Shown here piece by piece: positions 26,700 through 32,000 of a stretch of DNA of 32,000 bases. This DNA is from Vibrio alginolyticus NBRC 15630 = ATCC 17749 (GTDB lineage Bacteria; Pseudomonadota; Gammaproteobacteria; Enterobacterales; Vibrionaceae): NCBI RefSeq assembly GCF_000354175.2, contig NC_022349.1, forward strand, positions 1,230,001 through 1,262,000, written 5' to 3'. Made by a program: the position numbers and the translations under genes. The notes beneath the pieces are model-generated. The model saw only the letters and a program-made list of their open reading frames with translations, ran no database searches and was not told the origin of the DNA. Each line of letters opens with the position of its first letter. Positions within the stretch are counted from its first letter, which is position 1.

Positions 26700-27670
26700 T
26701 TGTTCCAAGCCTCCCATTCAGAAAAACATGCACGCTGACGACCATCACCAAATGGTGTCAGAATTGGCGCCTCGCGCTTACAACGATCCATCACACGGTG
26801 ACAGCGCTCTTGATAAGGGCAGCCCGGCGGTAGACGAAGCAAGTTTGGTGGATTACCAGGAATGGTCGGCAGAATTTCACCCTCAGTATCGAGGCGAGGA
26901 ATCGCCTTCAGCAGCCCCTCCGCATAAGGATGGCTTGGATTGTAGAAAATTTCGTTTACGTTACCGTACTCCATAGTACGGCCTGCATACATCACCAGCA
27001 CCTTGTCACACGAACCTGCAACCACACCAAGGTCGTGCGTGATCATGATGATCGCTGTGTTGAACTCAGATTTCAGCTCATTCAACAAGTCCATGATCTG
27101 TGCTTGTACCGTCACATCAAGTGCTGTTGTTGGCTCATCGGCAATAAGCAGTTTAGGACGACATAACAACGCCATCGCGATCATTACACGCTGACGCATA
27201 CCGCCTGAAAACTCATGCGGGTACATCGTGATACGCTTACGCGCTTCAGGGATTTTTACCGCTTCCAGCATGCGTACTGATTCTTCAAATGCTTCCGCTT
27301 TGCCCATGCCTTTGTGCAGCATAAGCACTTCCATCAACTGATCACTCACTTTCATGTAAGGGTTCAGTGATGTCATTGGGTCTTGGAAGATCATTGCGAT
27401 CTGTTCCGCACGCACTTTGTTCAGTTCTTTTTCTGGTAAGTTTAGGATTTCTTTGCCTTCAAACTTTGCGCTACCAGAAATAATACCGTTCTTAGCCAAA
27501 AGGCCCATGATTGCGAATACGGTTTGAGATTTACCTGATCCCGACTCTCCAACGATACCTAAGGTTTCGCCTTGGTTGAGAGAGAAGTTCAAATCGTTTA
27601 CTGCGGTTACGATACCATCTTGCGTGGTGAATTCGACGCGCAGATCTTTGACATCTAATAAGCTCATCAT
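26696..27670 (-). CDS. oppD: Oligopeptide ABC transporter ATP-binding protein OppD
   Basis: 324 aa. Walker A GESGSGKSQ, signature FSGGMRQR and Walker B LLIADEPTTALD, plus a C-terminal Cys-rich extension. Confidence 0.95.
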   Translation of the reverse strand: MMSLLDVKDLRVEFTTQDGIVTAVNDLNFSLNQGETLGIVGESGSGKSQTVFAIMGLLAKNGIISGSAKFEGKEILNLPEKELNKVRAEQIAMIFQDPMTSLNPYMKVSDQLMEVLMLHKGMGKAEAFEESVRMLEAVKIPEARKRITMYPHEFSGGMRQRVMIAMALLCRPKLLIADEPTTALDVTVQAQIMDLLNELKSEFNTAIIMITHDLGVVAGSCDKVLVMYAGRTMEYGNVNEIFYNPSHPYAEGLLKAIPRLDTEGEILPTIPGNPPNLLRLPPGCPYQERCHRVMDRCKREAPILTPFGDGRQRACFSEWEAWNK

Positions 27671-27694
27671 TGCTTCCTTAATCTTATCTTTTAA

Positions 27695-28597
27695 TTATCT
27701 GTCTTTTGGATCCAGCGCATCGCGCAGGCCGTCACCAACGTAGTTGAAGCAGAATAGCGTCACAACCATGAACACTGCTGGGAATGCCAGCTGCCAGATT
27801 GCTACTTCCATTGTCTGTGCACCTTCTTGTAGAAGAGCGCCCCAACTTGTCATTGGTTCCTGAACACCAAGACCAAGGAATGATAGGAATGATTCCGTTA
27901 GAATCATACTTGGGATAAGCAGCGTAGAGTATACCGCTACAATACCCAGTACGTTCGGTACGATATGACGAGTAATGATTTTCCAGTTGCTTACACCACA
28001 CACATGTGCCGCTTCGATAAACTCCTTGCTACGTAGACTAAGAGTCTGACCACGTACGATACGCGCCATATCTAGCCATGCGATAGCACCAATCGCAACG
28101 AAGATCAGCATGATGTTACGACCGAAGAATGTTACCAGTACAATCACCAGGAACATAAACGGTACCGCGTATAAAATTTCTAGAATACGCATCATTACGC
28201 GGTCAACTTTACCGCCGATGAAACCAGATGCTGCGCCGTAGAGCGTACCAATCAGTACCGCTACAAATGCACCCATAACACCTACCATCAACGAAATACG
28301 ACCTCCAATTAGCGTACGCACGTATAAATCACGGCCTAAGCTGTCAGTACCAAACCAATGGTCAGCATTCGGTGCAACGTGCATCGCGTACCAGTCAGTA
28401 TCATCAAATGTGTACGGTGCGATCATTGGCAGGATAATAACCGCCAACGTCATTAAAACAAGAAGGAATAAGCTCACCATCGCCGCTTTGTTGCGCATGA
28501 AACGGATACGAGCATCTTGCCAAAGACTGCGACCTTCAATCTCCAAGTTTTCGGAGAATTTCTCAATCGCTTCTAGGTTTTCTTTTTTCGTTAACAT
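27695..28597 (-). CDS. oppC: Oligopeptide ABC transporter permease OppC
   Basis: The track starts at TTG 28603. The ATG at 28597 gives MLTKKENLEAIEKFSENLEIEGRSLWQDAR…, which aligns with E. coli OppC (MMLSKKNSETLENFSEKLEVEGRSLWQDAR…). It ends …GDGLRDALDPKDR, as in E. coli. Confidence 0.94.
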   Translation of the reverse strand: MLTKKENLEAIEKFSENLEIEGRSLWQDARIRFMRNKAAMVSLFLLVLMTLAVIILPMIAPYTFDDTDWYAMHVAPNADHWFGTDSLGRDLYVRTLIGGRISLMVGVMGAFVAVLIGTLYGAASGFIGGKVDRVMMRILEILYAVPFMFLVIVLVTFFGRNIMLIFVAIGAIAWLDMARIVRGQTLSLRSKEFIEAAHVCGVSNWKIITRHIVPNVLGIVAVYSTLLIPSMILTESFLSFLGLGVQEPMTSWGALLQEGAQTMEVAIWQLAFPAVFMVVTLFCFNYVGDGLRDALDPKDR

Positions 28598-28612
28598 AAC
28601 CAAACGTCCCTG

Positions 28613-29533
28613 TTAGTAGCGAATTTTCGGGTCAATCATTGCAAGTAAAATATCTACAATCGCGTTGAATAGAATGAATAGGAAACCAATCAGAATGGTT
28701 ACCCCCATTACTAGCGAGTAGTCACGGTTAAACGCAGCGTTAACGAATAGTTTACCAATACCAGGCAGACCAAAAATAGTTTCGATAACAACGGAACCGG
28801 TGATGATACCTACGAAAGCTGGACCCATGTAAGAAACAACAGGGAGAAGTGCCGGCTTAAGAGCGTGTTTGATAATGATATAACGGTAACTTAGACCTTT
28901 AGCACGTGCCGTACGAATAAAGTTACTGTTTAGGGTTTCGATCATCGAACCACGCGTAATACGAGCAAAGGTAGCAACATACAGTAGCGACATACCAATA
29001 ACAGGAAGCACTAAATACTGCCAGCTACCATCTTGCCAACCGCCCGCAGGGAAGATATTCCAGTGAAGCGAGAATATGTAGATAAGCGCAGGCGCTAATA
29101 CAAAGGATGGCATTACGACACCAAGCATCGCAGTCGACATGATGGTGTAATCAATCCAAGTATTTTGCTTGAGCGCAGCAATAGTACCGACGGTAACCCC
29201 CATTATCAAAGTAAAGATAAAGGCGATGAAGCCCACTTTAGCCGAAACAGGTAAGGCAACCGCGATCAGCTCGTTTACTGAGTAATCAAGGTATTTAAAT
29301 GACGGTCCGAAATCACCTTGGATAACATTGGTCAAATACGTGGTGTATTGTTCAAATACAGGTTTATCCAAGCCATATTTAGCTTCGATATTTGCCATTA
29401 CTTCGGGTGGTAATGGACGCTCTGTCGAGAAAGGGTTTCCCGGTGCAAAGCGCATAAGAAAGAAAGATACGGTGATCAAAACCAACATTGTTGGGATCGC
29501 CTCAAATATCCTTTTTGCGATGAATTTAAGCAT
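28613..29533 (-). CDS. oppB: Oligopeptide ABC transporter permease OppB
   Basis: 306 aa. MLKFIAKRIFEAIPTMLVLITVSFFLMRFAPGNPF… is the typical OppB N-terminus. The EAA-loop region is …IRTARAKGLS…. Confidence 0.95.
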   Translation of the reverse strand: MLKFIAKRIFEAIPTMLVLITVSFFLMRFAPGNPFSTERPLPPEVMANIEAKYGLDKPVFEQYTTYLTNVIQGDFGPSFKYLDYSVNELIAVALPVSAKVGFIAFIFTLIMGVTVGTIAALKQNTWIDYTIMSTAMLGVVMPSFVLAPALIYIFSLHWNIFPAGGWQDGSWQYLVLPVIGMSLLYVATFARITRGSMIETLNSNFIRTARAKGLSYRYIIIKHALKPALLPVVSYMGPAFVGIITGSVVIETIFGLPGIGKLFVNAAFNRDYSLVMGVTILIGFLFILFNAIVDILLAMIDPKIRY

Positions 29534-29600
29534 AAACTCACTCTTTCAGTCTGTGACAGTTAAATTAAAGAAGTCGTCCAATTCTTTTGGACTAAAGATA

Positions 29601-29632
29601 GGCGCTACATGCAATTTCTCACATGTAGGGCC
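29601..29632 (-). other. Intercistronic stem-loop between oppA and oppB
   Basis: ggc-g-ctacatg (29601-29611) pairs with catgtag-g-gcc (29622-29632), giving 10 bp with one mismatch and a 10-nt loop. It lies in the 128-nt oppA-oppB spacer. On the minus strand only a weak U-tract follows. Confidence 0.4.
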
Positions 29633-29661
29633 TCATTTTTATAGTTCTATCGAGTTACGAA

Positions 29662-31338
29662 TTACTCTGTGATGTAGAGATCTTTAGAGTAAATCTTGTC
29701 TTCCGCGTTATTTACTGGGAAGCCACCAACTTTCGGTGATAGTAGACGTGATTTCACGTACTGGTAGATAGGTGCGATTGGCATATCTTTTGCCATCAAC
29801 TTCTCTGCTTCTAGGTAAAGTGCTTGGCGCTCTTCGTCAGAAGTTGAAGCAAATGCTTTGTTCATGATCGCATCGTACTCTTTGCTGTCGTAGTGAATAC
29901 CACCAGTAGTGTTATTACTCATCATCAGCGTTAGGAAAGATGAAGCTTCGTTGTAGTCGCCACACCAACCTGCACGAGCAACCTCAAAGTTGCCAGAATC
30001 TTTGGTAGATAGGTAAGTTTTCCACTCTTGGTTTTCTAGCGTAACGTCTAGACCAAGTGTCTTCTTCCACATTGAACCCAGTGCAACCGCAAGTTTCTTG
30101 TGGTTCTCTGATGTATTGTATAGAAGGTTAAATTCAAGAGGGTTGTCTGCGCCGTAACCCGCTTCTTCCAATAGACGCGCAGCTTCTGCGTTACGCTCTT
30201 CTTGCGTCATTTTGCCGTATGCAGGAATTTCTGGGTTGAAACCTGCCGTAATTTCAGGTGTTAGGAAGTAAGCTGGCTTTTGACCTTGACCTAAAATCGC
30301 ATCGGTCACAATGTTACGGTCAATCGCATAAGAAATCGCTTTACGCACACGAACATCATCAAACGGCTTTTTCTTCGTATTGAAGATGTAGTAGTAAGTA
30401 CATAAGTTACCGGTTACAGACACTTCTTGTGGGTGCTCTTTCTTCAGACGCTTGAAGTGCTCTGTAGGCAGCTCGTTCGTGAAGTCGATTTCACCCGCTA
30501 GGAAGCGGTTCATTTCCGCTACTTGGTTCTCGATTGGTAGGAAAGTAACTTGGTCAAGCGTCGTGTTTTCGTTGTCCCAGTACTGTTCGTTACGTTTTAG
30601 AACCAAACGCTCGTTTACAACCCAGTTGTCAACAACATAAGCACCGTTACCTACAAAGTTCTCTGGCTTCGTCCATTGATCGCCGAACTTTTCAACAGTT
30701 GCTTGATGAACAGGTTTCACTGTCGTGTGGCCCATCATCATTACAAAATATGGTACTGCAGTATCTAACTCAACCACTAACGTGTGATCGTCAACCGCTT
30801 TAACACCTAACTCGCTCTTATCTTTTTTACCCGCAACAATGTCTTTTGCGTTCTTCATCTTGGTGTATTCCATGTACCAAGCATATGGAGAGGCGGTTGC
30901 TGGATCGACTGCGCGTTGGAAGCTGTAAACGAAATCACCTGCAGTGACAGGATCACCGTTTGACCATTTTGCGTCTTCACGTAAGTGGAAAGTGTATGTT
31001 TTGTTGTCTTCAGTTTCCCAAGATTCTGCAACACCAGGGATAGTGTTACCGTCCGCATCTTGGTTTACAAGGCCTTCAAGAAGATCGCGAATCACGTGGG
31101 ATTCTGGAACACCTTGAGATTTATGAGGGTCTATTGTCGCAACTTCTGTACCGTTACCACGCACCAATTCTTGAACAGCAGCAAGTTTTGGCTCTTTAGA
31201 ATCAGATTTAGCTTCAGGGGCTGGAGCCGGAGCAGGCTCAGCAGCTTGTTTCTCCGCAGGCTTTTCACCACAACCAGCTAGAGCGAGAGAAAGACCAGCA
31301 CCAATAAATAAAGCGCGCGTGATTTTATTCTTATACAT
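29662..31338 (-). CDS. oppA: Oligopeptide-binding protein OppA, with a lipoprotein-type signal peptide
   Basis: The track starts at 31368. The ATG at 31338 has GGAG 9 nt upstream and gives MYKNKITRALFIGAGLSLALAGC…, with lipobox LAGC. From about residue 58 the protein aligns with mature E. coli OppA (…ELVRGNGTEVATIDPHKSQGVPESHVIRDLLEGL versus …TLVRNNGSEVQSLDPHKIEGVPESNVSRDLFEGL). Confidence 0.92.
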   Translation of the reverse strand: MYKNKITRALFIGAGLSLALAGCGEKPAEKQAAEPAPAPAPEAKSDSKEPKLAAVQELVRGNGTEVATIDPHKSQGVPESHVIRDLLEGLVNQDADGNTIPGVAESWETEDNKTYTFHLREDAKWSNGDPVTAGDFVYSFQRAVDPATASPYAWYMEYTKMKNAKDIVAGKKDKSELGVKAVDDHTLVVELDTAVPYFVMMMGHTTVKPVHQATVEKFGDQWTKPENFVGNGAYVVDNWVVNERLVLKRNEQYWDNENTTLDQVTFLPIENQVAEMNRFLAGEIDFTNELPTEHFKRLKKEHPQEVSVTGNLCTYYYIFNTKKKPFDDVRVRKAISYAIDRNIVTDAILGQGQKPAYFLTPEITAGFNPEIPAYGKMTQEERNAEAARLLEEAGYGADNPLEFNLLYNTSENHKKLAVALGSMWKKTLGLDVTLENQEWKTYLSTKDSGNFEVARAGWCGDYNEASSFLTLMMSNNTTGGIHYDSKEYDAIMNKAFASTSDEERQALYLEAEKLMAKDMPIAPIYQYVKSRLLSPKVGGFPVNNAEDKIYSKDLYITE

Positions 31339-31813
31339 GCGTAAAACTCCAAATTTTTTCGTTAGCATCCATGACTTCTTTGTAAGGGCCTGGAACGGTC
31401 AGAGTTTTAGATTTTTTTAGTGCACTTTCTGAGCACAAAAGTCTAAAACCTTACAAAGACTGCGGCACACATTAGCAATCATTGAAGTAATTTGCCATAA
31501 AAATGTAGCAAAAAAACCAATAATGCTGACTAAACCACACATATCTAGCAGTAAACTCTAACCCCAAAGCATTCACCAGCCAAATAAAGACCAGAAGCGA
31601 CATTTAACAGGCGAAACTTTCGATTAATCTGAGTTTAAACCATTTACTAGCATCTTATGCTAGATATTTACACATCATTTAACATTTATGACAAATCAAG
31701 TCTAACAAATAATTGTTTATATATTGGGCAAAAAACTTTTATTGTGAAGAATATCACCAGACAAAAGATAGGAAATATTGAAACAAAGTGAGCAATACAA
31801 TGAAGATAAATAC

Positions 31814-31850
31814 AAAAAAAGCTAAGTACCATTAGCACTTAGCTTTTTTC
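31814..31850 (-). terminator. Terminator downstream of moaE
   Basis: The stem pairs (aaaa)gctaagt (31821-31827) with acttagc(tttt) (31837-31843). An A7 run precedes it and a T6 run follows, so it is usable on either strand. Confidence 0.65.
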
Positions 31851-31869
31851 ACTAGAATGCGGGTTAGTT

Positions 31870-32000
31870 CTATTTTTCCCAACGCTGTGCAGCTTGATGA
31901 TCGGTGTCGCGCGACTCAACCCAACGATCTTCATTCGTCGTACGCTCTTTTTTCCAAAATGGAGCTTGGGTTTTCAGATAATCCATGATGAACTCGCACG
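31870..32000 (-). CDS. moaE: Molybdopterin synthase catalytic subunit MoaE, C-terminal 43 codons (5' part lies beyond the right window edge)
   Basis: Absent from the ORF track. Hand translation of the minus strand gives …CEFIMDYLKTQAPFWKKERTTNEDRWVESRDTDHQAAQRWEK*. This matches the E. coli MoaE C-terminus (…CEFVMDYLKTRAPFWKREATPEGDRWVEARESDQQAAKRW). The stop codon is at 31870-31872. Confidence 0.85.
   Translation of the reverse strand, partial: CEFIMDYLKTQAPFWKKERTTNEDRWVESRDTDHQAAQRWEK

Noticed and set aside
1-32000. Mobile elements, prophage or defence islands, CRISPR arrays, tRNA/rRNA genes, integron or toxin-antitoxin cassettes
   Set aside because: I saw no transposase, integrase or phage-like ORFs, no repeat-spacer periodicity, no tRNA-like cloverleaf candidates in the intergenic regions, and no small paired ORFs. 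Nearly every gene is a housekeeping ortholog in E. coli-like local synteny. I therefore do not claim a novel multi-gene system in this window.

Overview
The window reads as conserved core chromosome of a Vibrio-like gammaproteobacterium. That assignment is an inference from the translated proteins: a 279-aa FadR with the Vibrio-type insertion, NhaB, DsbB, and E. coli-like local synteny blocks.

I can support 26 protein-coding genes, two of them truncated by the window edges and absent from the ORF track:
- asmA' (partial), udk, apbC/mrp, then divergent metG
- an orphan membrane-anchored helical protein
- fadR, then divergent nhaB-dsbB
- a YecA-like UPF0149/SEC-C protein, then divergent dusC
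- a periplasmic-sensor GGDEF diguanylate cyclase, and malZ
- a three-gene ABC importer of unknown substrate (binding protein, permease, ATPase)
- yfbV, then divergent ackA-pta
- a small Met-rich secreted protein, and yqjG
- oppABCDF and 'moaE (partial)

Most convergent gene pairs are separated by clear hairpin plus T-run terminators. Several ORF-track starts are upstream over-extensions, and I re-called them using SD spacing and homolog N-termini.

I saw no rRNA, tRNA, CRISPR array, IS element, transposase, integrase or phage gene, and no long repeats. I did not find a convincing novel multi-gene system, and the region looks ordinary rather than accessory.

The items worth a second look are modest:
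- the orphan helical membrane protein (6146-6955)
- the small Met-rich secreted protein (24052-24474)
- a lipobox plus Pro/Ala tether on OppA
- the 639-bp fadR-nhaB spacer, which holds a mini-ORF and a terminator-like hairpin
- tandem hairpins between ackA and pta
- structured leaders upstream of oppA and of the uncharacterised ABC importer

All family assignments come from reading the translations against remembered homolog sequences and motifs. No database search was run.
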